A DNA stretch of 62,208 bases, counting the filler, from Asterionella formosa (taxonomy: Eukaryota): NCBI GenBank assembly GCA_002256025.1. It is 16 parts of 16 records of this genome, joined end to end, with 100 filler letters (N's around TTAATTAATTAA, not from the genome) between each part and the next. Parts side by side here need not be neighbours in the genome. Positions count along the whole stretch, not along the records: positions 19,537 to 23,337 come from NKIB01013900.1; positions 23,438 to 27,238 come from NKIB01013901.1; positions 27,339 to 31,135 come from NKIB01013903.1; positions 31,236 to 35,031 come from NKIB01013904.1; 12 more parts are not named here. One strand, written 5' to 3'. The notes under the pieces were generated by a model, which saw only the letters and a program-made list of their open reading frames with translations, did no database searches and was not told where the DNA came from. The number at the start of each line of letters is the position of its first letter. The stretch's first letter is position 1. The position numbers and the translations under genes are program-made. Shown piece after piece: positions 23,199 to 35,011 of the stretch.

Positions 23199-23598
23199 AA
23201 AAGAGACATTGCAAAAGGTTGCAAATAGGGCAAAGTTGTCCAAGCTTCCCAAGCTCAAAGAGTGGGGTGATAAATACGGAAGGTATCTTGGAAAACATCA
23301 ATTTGAGGAGGAGGAGAAGCATTTGTCAGATACCTGTNNNNNNNNNNNNNNNNNNNNNNNNNNNNNNNNNNNNNNNNNNNNTTAATTAATTAANNNNNNN
23401 NNNNNNNNNNNNNNNNNNNNNNNNNNNNNNNNNNNNNTCAAGCAGTGATAGGTCATATCCTCACCCTGAAGGGTAACTACTCTCTACCCACTACATAGTG
23501 AGTTGCAATGAAGATAGATTCAGATGTCTTTCAGATAAAAAAAGTCTACAGCAGCAGTCACTTAACTGTGGCAACACCAATACTACATTTCAAAATAA

Positions 23599-25400
23599 TT
23601 GACAATGACGAGATCAGGTAACCAAACTCGTCTCCTTGCCTCGATTATGAATGGTGGCAAGAGACGCCGTACAGTCAAAGATGTGCCAGATGAAACAAAT
23701 TGGTTTGATGAACCAAAAAAACTGGCTGATACAACAGAAGTCAGACCTCCACTAGCGACGCTGCATGGACATTGTTTGCTGTCAATAGAATCTTTGCAGC
23801 AGTTTCTACAAAACGATATTACCTATAGTAAATGCAATGAAAAATTGAGATCGCAATCGTATAACAATGGTTACAAACAAGCAATAAAAGATTTACAAAC
23901 ATACCCTTGCAAAGAATCTAATCTCAAAAAATCAATAAATGATACTAAATGCAATGCATTCCTTGAAAGAACTCCGCGTTCCTTGACATTGTTGATTATC
24001 AATCTCCTTGACAGAATTCACGGCTGATTGTCGATGACGATGTCACGATGTCAGTCCATTTCTCGGCATTGCATTTCGAATTTCAATTATTACCTGTGGA
24101 CTTTGTGATTCAAGAAAGTTTATTATTGAAACTGTAATTTGCAAAAATAAAGAAGGAATTCATGAGAAAGGCAATCGAATGCTGGGACACTTTGCAATCA
24201 ACAACGTCTTTGTTCTTAGTTGTCACGAAGCAGGAATGATGTCCGGTTGACGCTGATATATATGCTTGTCCCTTTCCTTGCCTTTGCAGAGTGGTTACAA
24301 GAGTAGGAAGGGAAGGTTCAATCAACTGGAGCAACGTATAGGCGAAGCTGAAATTGATGTAACAGAACATTCAATGAGAGAGGCAATGAATGAGGAGGTA
24401 CGACTTACTCTGGACATACATGAACGTCATCATGTTTGGTCCGATATTGGGAAAGACTATTCTTGGTGGAAAAATCTTAGCAAAGAAGTACGCGTGATCC
24501 CAGAAAACATGCCAAAGACTAACAGTAAGTTTTGATTTGGGCTGGCAGCAGCGCTCCAGTGGTAACATATAATTCGAATAGCAGGCATGCTTTTTGTATT
24601 GGGGGCTAATCAAAAAAGATACTGGACTACTGCGTAATATCGAAGGTATGTGCAACATTTGTGACTGTGCTGCCCGGCGGTTTATGTCAGCCAAACTTCA
24701 TGTTTGCTCTAAGAATCACCTATTGGGTAGTTCCAAGTCAATGGAATCTGATGCTGGTGTTGAAATGGTGATATGAAGGCTGTGGATTATTTATCAAGTC
24801 TTCTACACTACAATGGTTTGTGATGATGATTTAACTATAAGAGCTAAATTGCAAATGGTCTTATAAAGATTTACAACTACAAAATCCATTGTTTGAATGG
24901 CGAACAAACAACAGCAGCTCAAAAAAGGCAAACCATTCAGGATGCTTTCCATTACATGTCAAAGAACCGGTTTTTTCTCTGATCCCTCACACTGAGTTTG
25001 CGTCTTACTTAGCCCCTGTTTCTTGATGTCTTGAGGCCCAAAATGCAATGCAAGATTGACCAAAAACGACTGCCTGTGACTGAAAATCTACTATGGATGC
25101 TTCATTAAAAAAATGGACATAAAACATTTGAAGATTTCCGAGCAGCATCAATGGTGCCAATCCAACATTTATTTGACAGTCATGAGCACTGTAATCCTGA
25201 ATGGTGTCATGCAAAGCAAATAAAAGAGTAACAAGTAATGGAAAATATCGGAACATTGACAACAACAAGGAAATGTTCGATTGTCATGTTGGCAAAAGGA
25301 TGGAAGGTGAGAAACTCAAAGCATTACATCATCCATTTGATATGCAAATGAATGAGGCAATGAACAATGCTGTTGCAAGGCATGGAGTCTTTTTGGACAG
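23599..25400 (+). pseudogene. Degenerate Mutator-like transposase
   Basis: Across frames: SMREAMNEEV, VSFDLGWQQRSSG..YNS, CNICDC...HVCSKNH..GSSKSMESDAGVEM, VCDDD.T.RAK, and Q.NEAMNNAVAR. These are conserved blocks of Mutator-like transposases, with many stops. Confidence 0.7.
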
Positions 25401-25583
25401 AGACTTATGCAGGCAAATATACCTATGCAAGACTCCTATGTCTACAAGAATGTTTTCGTATGTACAAATTCTGATTCCAATATTTTGGCGACTGTTGAAA
25501 AAGCCGATCGGGTCGACTTTTTGGAGGAGGATTGTCTACATCTGCCGGGTTTTATGAAGATTAAAATAGATAGCCGTGTACCC

Positions 25584-25742
25584 TATATTGTCAGGAGTTA
25601 ATTTTTGGAGAGAAACTGTAGTTATCCCTCATACATTTTTTAAAAAGCTTGATAGCCCCCTTTTTTGACTATTCTTTCTATAGTTACGATTCCATGAAGG
25701 ATAACTGCAGTTTCTCTCCAGAAATGAGATCCTTACCATATA
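25584..25742. mobile_element. MITE-like foldback element (family C), ~50-bp arms
   Basis: Left arm tatattgtcaggagttaatttttggagagaaactgtagttatccctcat; reverse complement of right arm tatatggtaaggatctcatttctggagagaaactgcagttatccttcat. Confidence 0.7.
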
Positions 25743-27512
25743 TGAATATAGAACATACCCCTAAGTCGACCAATGACTGTATCTAAGCATATGCAAAGTG
25801 GTCGTATTGGTGAAAGCTAATTTTACCTTTAACTGTTTCATTTAGTGGTACGTAATGTATGGATTAAGTTACATCATAAAAATATTTTGGGAAAAACGGA
25901 CCTCGCAATGTCTAACTGTGGGGCCGCAACCTTAAGCTTGTAGATTTATCAATGATTCCGTAATCGTTCAGTTCCAATAATTTTGTATTTTTCAATATTC
26001 GTTTCATCAATGACGCCTCGCTCGCCTCCCATAGCACCTGCAACAAACCCTTCGACTTAATACACAACCAATCATGAATTGAATTCTTTTGGTGGTTAAT
26101 AACAATGTTCCATAAGAAACATCGCTTGTCAGCCAATAAGTGGTGCAGATATTGATAAAAAATTGGTATTTCTGTATCTAGTTGGGTCATTAGATAATTT
26201 TCAACTGATCTAGAAATTTCAGTGTATTATTTATGATTCCTTGAACTAGCTTTTAATAATTTTTGATTCCTCCAAGAGAACCTTTACAAGCTACCAGCAA
26301 AGTCTAGGGCATTGCGATGGGATTTGTAGCTTTTCTGCATTTGATGAATTTTCCTGAGGTCTGCAGGATCACAATTTTAAGTATCATATCATTAAATGAA
26401 ACGGGTATGTTTGTCAAGGAGCTTGATGGAAATGACCGGAATCAAATAAGATACATTATACATTGCAATAAGAGGGTTATGTCTGCATATTCCATTTTGA
26501 TCCAAACAGATCCTAATAAAACCTGTACAATTACATATATCCAAGGGCAAGGCAAACACAAAAGAAGGAAATAATGCCTCACTCAAAGTTCAAACAAAGT
26601 CATCTGCCTTCTCCTCAGTCATCAAAGACAAGGAGAAAGATTGATTCACCAGCAGGATCATTGTCAGAATATACCATACACAACACAATCATTTCTACCT
26701 CCTCTCATTCAGGAGAGTGCATTTAAGTGACAAACATTCAATCTTTTGAGTTGCTTAGGTTTTAATTGGAAATGTTGTTGTTGACAAATATCCATCGAAC
26801 ATTGATTTATCTCCCATGCATCTTGTTTGTTACTTCATGAAACCTTTGCATTAAATAATATTTGAGAAAAATTCCATGTTTTGCTTGCATGCATGTTTTC
26901 TACAAATCCACAGGTTAACCCTATGATGATGTCTGGTTAGGGTACTGTGCCAAGGGCCATACCTGTTGAGGATAAACGACTACTGTTAGCAGACAGTCAT
27001 AGTATATCAAGCTACTGCAATGACTGCACAGTCTGCACGACCGACAGTCATGGTGAGGAATTCCATGGAACAAGAAGGTCAGTTCAGGAAAATATATGCG
27101 GGATTCGTAAATGGAATAGCAATTCCTACAGAGCAAGTCCAACATGCAAGATTAAATGATCAGACTGAGACGATTGGAATTGCAAATCGTATTAAATCGA
27201 CCAATGAGAAAGAGTGGATTGAGGTGAAGAACAAATCCNNNNNNNNNNNNNNNNNNNNNNNNNNNNNNNNNNNNNNNNNNNNTTAATTAATTAANNNNNN
27301 NNNNNNNNNNNNNNNNNNNNNNNNNNNNNNNNNNNNNNTTGTTATTTCATCTAGAGCGATGATCACAGCTAATGTTCTTGGGTCATCCACCATTTGTAAC
27401 CACCTGCCTAATAATCATAATACTGTAATTATTTTATATTGTGTGGGTGGGTATACCAGTACCAGATAGTACATACAACTGTGTTTTCATTTTTCAAACT
27501 CATTGAACGACG

Positions 27513-30500
27513 ATGGGACTAGACGTTATCCATATCAGGTCTGATGAAGACCACTATATCCCTTTCATCTGCTCAATATGCAAGGACTTGATAGCTCTTG
27601 ACGCGGTGGTGACAGCGATATGTTCACATCCATTTTGCAAGAAATGTCTGGAAGTCGGCTGCAAACTGACGTTAACTTGTCCTTGTTGCAAGCAAGACAT
27701 CAGGCGAGGATCAATACATCCTGATCGCAATGGACTGAATGGCGTTGATGCAATGCCTTTGTCAGAGGCGCAACCGTTGGCTTATTTATGTCTGTCTCGA
27801 GTTCGAGTTTGCTGCCCAGATTGCCATAGTTGGATAGGAATGTACGCCAGACTTCCCGCGCATCAAGAGGATTGCAAGGCAGAACTTGAAAATTTTCCAG
27901 AGAGCATCATTTCTTCAAAGACTTTCGGTAACAACCGAGTTTTTATAGGAAATGAATCAATGGATGACGATTCTTTCAGTGATATTGAAATCAAACCCGT
28001 TGTCAAATCCATGGCCAGGCTTAGTCATACCGATGACGCTTCTGGACTACCTGTGCAATATGTTGAAACAGACTATAATGTATCGGAAAAGTTGATGGGA
28101 ACAAGTGCTCATAGCCAAAAGTTTAAAGGAAAGAGAAATTCAATCTCCAACTTAATTGAGAATGACAAGGATATGTTACAAGGAATTAGCAACCATTCGC
28201 AAGGATTTCGGGAAAAGAAGCCCGACGACGAGAAAACGAAGCGAGTACGGCCGTCAAAACAACCCAGCATGGATATCAGTGCTATGAGCAGTAGTTTACA
28301 TTCTTCAGCAATTTCAACGGGAATGAGCCGATCAAATCGTACGGCAATGTCAGACGAGGGTAGGTTGAATGAATCGCATGTTGGACGGGATAAAACCCAA
28401 CGGCACTCATTCAGTGGCGCTCGAAATCATCAATTTCGAAAGAAGTCGCAGCTTGAAACGTATGATTTATCAGATGGTGAAATAAAGGAGGATAACCATG
28501 GCAAACCCCGCCGGTCGTCGCTTGAGACGGGATTGAGGGGCCATGTACCAATTCCAATTGAGATCAAGACCACAATTTCCGATGAGTTCTTCGGCAAAGT
28601 TAACAAACAGAGCAACGATACTATGAGTCAAGCTCGATTAAGCCGAAGTTCCGAAGAAAGTGGGCGGTTTACCAACTCATCAACATTAAATGGCGACGGA
28701 GTTAGAGCTGAATCGCAAGATCGACGAAACTCGAATGAAAGCAGAAGTCAATCACCTCTACGGGTTAGACTTGGTCTCGACCGAATCAACGAGTCTCAAA
28801 AGCGCTTGTACGAAAAAGATGCAATTCAGAATTCGAATTCTGTAAGTGCTGATAGTCCAGTCGAACATGCACTCCCATCCAAATTGCGAAAGGAGCATGC
28901 TGCACCATTAGTTCATGACAATTCCTCCACCTCGCGACATTTTGCGACGGCGAGCACTCTGAAGGACCAGGGTAATGCTAAATTCAACAAAGGAGAATAC
29001 ATGGATGCTCGCAAGATTTACTCAGAAGGAATCAATGCGGTTTCTGGATTACAACCTGCATCCCAAGAGGAGTTTAGCCTGGTGGCTACCCTTTATTGTA
29101 ATCGAGGGGCAACGAATTTAAAGGAAAAACGGTACGAAGAAACCATAAGCGACTGCGACTGTGCGCTTAAATTCAATCCAGAGCACACAAAAGCATACGC
29201 AAGGAAATTTAGATCACTGATGTCGTTGGGCCGCTTCAGAGAAGCTCGATTGTTGCTTGAGACGGGACTTCAGCACTGCCCTGGGGACAGGTCATTGGTT
29301 GAAGATTTGGCCAAGAGCCAAAAGGCCGAGGAGCACCAACGCGAAGTCGAATGGCTATTAGCCAATGGTGACTACAGTGGTGCACTCTTTGCTGCTACTC
29401 AGCTCGTGACTCTGTCGGACTGTGAAGCGTTCAATTGTTTGGCAGCAAAGGCCGAGGCAGCAAATGGTCATATAGATTCTGCAATGAAGAGGTGCACAAT
29501 GGTCTTGAAGGAAAATCCACGTTGCGCTGAAGGCCTTCAGGCAAAGGGTTTCGTCTTTCTTATGGCTGCCGATACCGAGAAAGCTATGGAACTATTTCAT
29601 GATTCACTCAAGTGTGATCCCGACAATATAGAAACGAAAAAGTTTTTGAAGCAAGCACGAAGAATCAACAAAATGCATGCAGACGGGCGAGCAGCAGCTT
29701 CGAGGGGCGAGTTCAAGAAAGCCGTAGAAATCTTTTCACTTGCCATGGATGTCGATGTGCCGAAAAATGTACCGTTGAACAGCCTGCTATTGACAGAACG
29801 TGCTGATGCGTATGTCCATTTTGAAGACTACCAAGCAGCTGTATCCGACGCAAAAGCAGCTATTGAAATAAAATACGACAATGTGCGCGCTTGGGTGGTT
29901 CGATGCCATGCGAATATCGCCAGCGATCGCCCTCGGGATGCCAGGCGAGATATTTTGTCAGCGAAACGGTCGTGGGGGTCTCGAAACGAAAATATCATTG
30001 ATGCCTATAAAAGGGCTGATTTCGAAGCGCGAATCCAAGAGGCTGACATAGAATTGCACCACATGGTAAGTGGGTATCGTCCAAAACAGCCCCCTCAAGA
30101 TTTACAAGGAAAAGCAAGGCGACGAGCAAGCGTAATTAGTGCTGGGACTGATGCAACAGCATCTTCATCGGCAACAACCAACAGCGATAAGGTGCGTCGC
30201 AGTCGATTGCCTGATGCTACAAGTGATGTCCGAGTTGCGAGTAGGCATGGTGATGGAGAAAAACAGCGACGTCGGCAAAGCATCGTTTTTCCAGGCGGTG
30301 GTGAAGCAAGAGGCGGCGATTCGAAGGGCAGTGACCATAAGGATAACAACGCAGGGCCACCGGTCACTCGACAGCCGCCCAATGCGCGCCAGAGGAGGCG
30401 TAATAGCACATATTCGGCAGGAAGTTCAGAATCGCCAACTGGTGGCCTTGACGTGCAGGGAACTCAGGAAATGCGACCGAGGAAGATCAAGCCGATGAGC

Positions 30501-30536
30501 GAAGCCGATGCACGACGACGAATGAGCATGATTTAG
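27513..30536 (+). CDS. RING (C3HC4) + TRAF-type Zn finger + TPR-repeat protein (DNAJC7-like TPRs), putative E3 ligase
   Basis: 1007-aa intronless ORF. CSIC...CSHPFCKKC...CPCC, then VCCPDC..W.G....L..H...C, a low-complexity linker, and TPRs (LKDQGNAKFNKGEYMDA..IYSEGI, LYCNRGA.., KAYARK). Confidence 0.85.
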   Translation: MGLDVIHIRSDEDHYIPFICSICKDLIALDAVVTAICSHPFCKKCLEVGCKLTLTCPCCKQDIRRGSIHPDRNGLNGVDAMPLSEAQPLAYLCLSRVRVCCPDCHSWIGMYARLPAHQEDCKAELENFPESIISSKTFGNNRVFIGNESMDDDSFSDIEIKPVVKSMARLSHTDDASGLPVQYVETDYNVSEKLMGTSAHSQKFKGKRNSISNLIENDKDMLQGISNHSQGFREKKPDDEKTKRVRPSKQPSMDISAMSSSLHSSAISTGMSRSNRTAMSDEGRLNESHVGRDKTQRHSFSGARNHQFRKKSQLETYDLSDGEIKEDNHGKPRRSSLETGLRGHVPIPIEIKTTISDEFFGKVNKQSNDTMSQARLSRSSEESGRFTNSSTLNGDGVRAESQDRRNSNESRSQSPLRVRLGLDRINESQKRLYEKDAIQNSNSVSADSPVEHALPSKLRKEHAAPLVHDNSSTSRHFATASTLKDQGNAKFNKGEYMDARKIYSEGINAVSGLQPASQEEFSLVATLYCNRGATNLKEKRYEETISDCDCALKFNPEHTKAYARKFRSLMSLGRFREARLLLETGLQHCPGDRSLVEDLAKSQKAEEHQREVEWLLANGDYSGALFAATQLVTLSDCEAFNCLAAKAEAANGHIDSAMKRCTMVLKENPRCAEGLQAKGFVFLMAADTEKAMELFHDSLKCDPDNIETKKFLKQARRINKMHADGRAAASRGEFKKAVEIFSLAMDVDVPKNVPLNSLLLTERADAYVHFEDYQAAVSDAKAAIEIKYDNVRAWVVRCHANIASDRPRDARRDILSAKRSWGSRNENIIDAYKRADFEARIQEADIELHHMVSGYRPKQPPQDLQGKARRRASVISAGTDATASSSATTNSDKVRRSRLPDATSDVRVASRHGDGEKQRRRQSIVFPGGGEARGGDSKGSDHKDNNAGPPVTRQPPNARQRRRNSTYSAGSSESPTGGLDVQGTQEMRPRKIKPMSEADARRRMSMI

Positions 30537-30604
30537 TTCATGCTGGCAGTGCAAAAACTAATAATATTAAGATTGTTTACATAACCCTCTTCATAGTAGC
30601 GCAA

Positions 30605-31135
30605 TTAGTCATAACTTGGATAGTCATAGATGTTGTAAGTCCGACTGAAATTGGCGGTCGTGGGGTCGCAGTGCTTTTGCTTGTAATGTTCAACTGCTTC
30701 ATTGACCTTTGGTAGTATCTGGCATAACATGAAACTCTCTCGTTTGGCCTGTTCAGCAGTGATGTTCTTTCTTGGGCCGATGGGCTTGCCTGGACCTACC
30801 GGAGGTGTAAATTGATAGAAAATGCTAGTTATGTTGCTTTGAGGCATTGTCAGCAAGTTGACCTCACACGAAAGGAAGTTCGATCGGATTCGATATTTGC
30901 TCCAAAACCACTTGTCGATCCGATACCGTTGGCAGTAGTGGAGAATGAAAGGTAGGTTAGCTGTTGCTGGGGGTTGACATATTTGATTTAATGGAAGGGC
31001 GTCTACAAGTTCCCATCCCTCGCGATCCTCAGATTTGGTTGCCGAGACAACGATGGACTTGATCATAGTGTGGGGCAGCTTGAGGTGCGCAGTGGCAGAA
31101 CAATAACCGTACATTTCGGCGAAGAGGTTCGGATA
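30605..31135 (-). CDS. Hydroxyproline O-arabinosyltransferase / Ser-galactosyltransferase-like glycosyltransferase, C-terminal part (5' truncated)
   Basis: YPNLFAEMYGYCSATAHLKLPH...EGW...ILHYCQRY...WFWSKY...FLSCE..LL..P. The EMYGY..A.A...L.H and LHYC motifs match the HPAT/SGT-like family. Confidence 0.65.
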   Translation of the reverse strand, partial: YPNLFAEMYGYCSATAHLKLPHTMIKSIVVSATKSEDREGWELVDALPLNQICQPPATANLPFILHYCQRYRIDKWFWSKYRIRSNFLSCEVNLLTMPQSNITSIFYQFTPPVGPGKPIGPRKNITAEQAKRESFMLCQILPKVNEAVEHYKQKHCDPTTANFSRTYNIYDYPSYD

Positions 31136-33967
31136 NNNNNNNNNNNNNNNNNNNNNNNNNNNNNNNNNNNNNNNNNNNNTTAATTAATTAANNNNNNNNN
31201 NNNNNNNNNNNNNNNNNNNNNNNNNNNNNNNNNNNCGCTGCTCTCCATACTTTTGTACAGTACCTGGTATTGTAAAACGGATGACGGATTCCGATAGTGC
31301 ATAGATTGAGGTCGGGCGGTACGTGATGAATTGGATCTACCATTTTGTTTTCTGCCTGGTACTCAATACCAGCATGTGCTACAACCTAAGAAGGATGGAA
31401 ACATTGGACACTACCCAAGGAGCTCGAAGAAAAGGCGACGCAAGTTTACCTGTTCAGTATGCCAATGAAGGTGGTGCAGACTCCGCAGATGGTGGGAACA
31501 CATCCAATTGGCAGAATTGTGGGATTATACCAGCCACAATAAAGTATTTGCACCACAATCCATCATTTTTCTGAAGAGTGGTTTGGACTGGTGTTTTTGA
31601 TTGTTGATCCTCATCCGGAGCTGCTGTTGTCAGAACAGCACTTGATCAGGTTGGTTCTTGCTGACAGTTAGCAATGGAGCAGAAAAGAAAAAAATCCCAC
31701 CTCCCACCCTTACTAGGCATTTAAACTGGATGCCTGGTCTGAGGTACTAACGAGTGTTGACTTACACTCCTTTAACATTTGGTTTGGAAAAACATGTACT
31801 CGAAATTTATTTCGTGAGGAAAGTGGTTGGGACTTTTGCCCCTTTTCCTACTGTTTCCGCATGCCTTGAATGTGCATGCGATACAAGAAGCAGGTGACAT
31901 GTGTTGTTCAAGAACCTATGTTGGGTCCAAGTTAACATTCATAGTTTAAGAGTTCAAGGACAAGGTGAAGGAAGATAGTGACTTATTGTGAAGGAATGTA
32001 ATTGGTTGATCACTTGACTAGTAATTAAAAATATAAAAAGAATAGTGAACCCTGCTGTGCTCATTTGTATGAAGCGACGATTGCTCATCACAGCAATCAA
32101 GGAAGTCCATGCTGGCTAGTCAATCTCTGAGATACTAGCTATTAGTCACCAGCAAAATTGAAAGTGAACTTTGGGTTGTACTAGTATGTTGTGACAGTTA
32201 CCACCATTGTAAAAGTTTGTTGCATGTGTGAAAGCGATTTGAAAATGGAATGTTGACGACTAGACATCATAGCAGCCATGAAAATGTTCGTTAGATTATG
32301 TAGTTGTCTGATTTATTCTGTTTACCATGTCTAGTATAGAGCCACACTCCTTCGTTTTTGTCGTCAAGTCAACTCCAATTGACTGCCAGCTACAATCAAT
32401 GAACCGCCCTGGTCTCATTGCTAGAAAACCCCTTTGAATGTGTTCGTGTCTGTGTGCATCATACATAGTAACAATAATTTTTGTATTCCTGCTACATGCA
32501 TATTGTCAGTAATTTCTGTATTAGGTATGCATGGGTGTGGTCCGCCCAGGATAGAAGTAATTCTTGTGTGCTATATTTTGTACTGACCATTTTAAAGGTT
32601 TTGGTTTGACCTAAAATTCAGGGTGTGAAGAAGAATTTTTGTTGTTTGACCATGGAACGTCTGACACCCAAGAATTTGGCGCAAAATCGAGGCACATGTT
32701 CCCCAATCGGTTGTAGTTGCTAGACCAATTTGGACCAAAATTGGTAGCATAAGAACTGTCATCACTCTCATCTACATCTTGAACATCATCAACATAAGAA
32801 ATTTCATCCTCAAGTTTGGAGGGTCAAGTAGTGACATGATAAATTGAGATTTCTTGTACTCCAAAAACTCCATGCCTTTCTTTCTTTTCTTGAACTTGCT
32901 TCCATTATTGATTGTGACTGGCAGCCATATAATGTTAATTTGCAAGAGACACATAGTAGCTGATTATTACTAAGCAATGTTGCAGGGCGAATATATGAGC
33001 AATACACATCTGGAACGCACAGTCGCGCACCTTTCTCCCATGATACTGAAAGCCCAGAATTCCAAATTTGTCAAATAATGTCATTTTTGACTTCCGCAAA
33101 TTGCTTGCTAAGAACGACATCGCATAATTCAATAATCCTCTGAAGTGTCAGTCTCATCATCAGAACTGACAAGGGTTTGAACATACATGAGTTTGCCCTC
33201 GAAAAAATCCCATTCTCTGCGCATGTCATTCCACCTGATTTGAAAATGTCATTAACCTGTTTATCAGTTGGTTTGTCGCTTTGACAGGACCTGAAAATTT
33301 GAGGGAAACAACTAAACGTTTCACCACAACACGCACTTCAAAACCTGAGCACATCCTCACTATTTCGACCATCCTATTCCTTTCAAGGATTTCTATCAGT
33401 GCATTCTTTTCAATGAATAGATTTTCAAAGAGTGCTGCAGAACATTGTTGAGGCAATGTTGTGCCTAACAAAGAAATGATGTGACCCCGGCTCAGACTTT
33501 TTACAGTTATCTCATCTCCTCTGATCAGTTGTCGAACATACCGCTGGTCACTTCTGCCCAAAGCAGGAATGGCGCCAATCTTTCAGTGGCTTATATCATG
33601 AAGGACAAACCTTTCTACTATCACTTTATCAGCTCCGGTTTTTGGATAATGATTCACATGGCTTGGCAAAATTATTATTCCTTACCAATTAGGATTAAAG
33701 TTGGTGAGAAATTGGCAATGATGAACTGTAAAGTGTTGCGATCTCATGCAACATTGAAGTATCGTGTATAGGATCAAGTTATTGTATACTAAGTGTCATA
33801 AGATTTTCCGTATATAATAGTGCAAAGGTCATATTTATTATCAATTCATACTATACGTACGATTATACAATCATAATTATGATACCTATATTACCATCAT
33901 CATTATACAACCTGTAGAATTAGCGTCACATACATACACACATGAAAGGGATTGTACAGCATGTACT

Positions 33968-34560
33968 ATGCATCACCTGTACATTCAATACGGAAATGAT
34001 TACCAAACTGGATTTCATTGTTGTGATGACAATGGAATCCCTATGGTAGAATATCATGCTGACAATTTTGAGACCCCACCAGATCTTCTCGTTAGAAAGT
34101 CAGTAGTAGCGACTAGGCAAAAGTTAGCTATACTGACGAGGAAGTCGCTATTGAAATACATGGAACTGAGAAAAGGAAACCCCTTTCTACAAAAATCTTC
34201 ATTCTACATTGATTATGGAGAATATCATGATGGCTACTGGAGCTACAATCATATGGTGTGTCAATTCGAAGACAAATTGATGTTCTGAAGGTAATGCATC
34301 CAACAACTTAGGTTAGTTTGCTTACCAAATGTTTGATAACTCATTAGGGCATTACAAGCAGCCAGCAACCTGATGGACTGAATTCCCTACAAATGAAAAG
34401 AAGCTTTGGTAGCGATAATTCCAATGTACACTTAACCATCATTGAACAGGGACCTGGATTTCTTGGAATCTTTGACTCAGCACTACTACTGCAAGTTGGA
34501 AAAACACAATATTTTCTATTCCAGTCTGCCTGCTGATATTGGTCCATTCTGTATAACTAC
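33968..34560 (+). pseudogene. Degenerate IS630-Tc1-mariner-like transposase remnant
   Basis: MVEYHAD, IDYGEYHDGYWSYNHMVCQFED..., VMHP, MFDNSLGH, QPDGLNSLQM..SFG. This resembles the GYW....M..Q.ED...HP....FD.S..H...PDGL block of DDE transposases of this type; frameshifted. Confidence 0.5.
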
Positions 34561-34990
34561 TGGTGACTGACATTCATGCCCAAAAGGTGTCCAAAGTGGT
34601 GAAATAAAATACTATCTGGACTAAGAAAAAGGCAAGCTTCAGAAAATCTTCTTTGCAGCATGAAATTGAAACTACAAAGCAATAATAAAAGTCAAGGAAG
34701 ACTGAAAAAGCAGAAGGCAATGTGAAGGGATTGTAATGCAATTCTTGTGGGAAAGAGGGTTGATTGGTGATTACCAAACTTTTCTTGCTACATTTTAACT
34801 GGATGGAAAGATGCTGAGGAAATTGTCAACAAGTTTTGAGACAGATCATGTCAATGTATACAAGCATCTTCATACAAACTACCAGGCGCTCAATTTTTTG
34901 TATACATAATACTTTAGTCTTATCTGTCAACTAATGTAGATAATAGTATGATGAACATAAGTGCCTGTCCAGCACCACATTGTTGGTTTC

Positions 34991-35011
34991 AGCAAAATGA
35001 CAGCAACTTGC
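34991..35011 (+). mobile_element. Isolated family-A right TIR
   Basis: AGCAAAATGACAGCAACTTGC without the family-A internal sequence. Confidence 0.55.

Larger units (their letters stand above)
20371..23337 (+). pseudogene. Frameshifted mosaic multidomain gene: RI/NLRC3-type LRR, coiled/helical region, ARM repeats, ankyrin-like repeats, further domain (3' truncated)
   Basis: Consecutive same-strand ORFs 20371-21444, 21441-21827, 22015-22290, 22307-22621, 22588-23337. LRR: LDLRWNSIGVDGAKAIAEALKVNTVLTTLKLWGNSIG. ARM: IADAGGITTILSAMKTH...VQENGCAALRNL. Ankyrin-like: DRHGNTLLHH, IPLHLAI, SPLLLAL. Confidence 0.65.

Noticed and set aside
25900..27238. Short ORFs after the Mutator relic
   Set aside because: Coding-like in patches but fragmented, with no identifiable family.
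31236..33900. Short ORFs in contig 9 as genes or viral remnants
   Set aside because: No motif I can recognise; stop-rich in all frames. Probably decayed repeats but not assignable.
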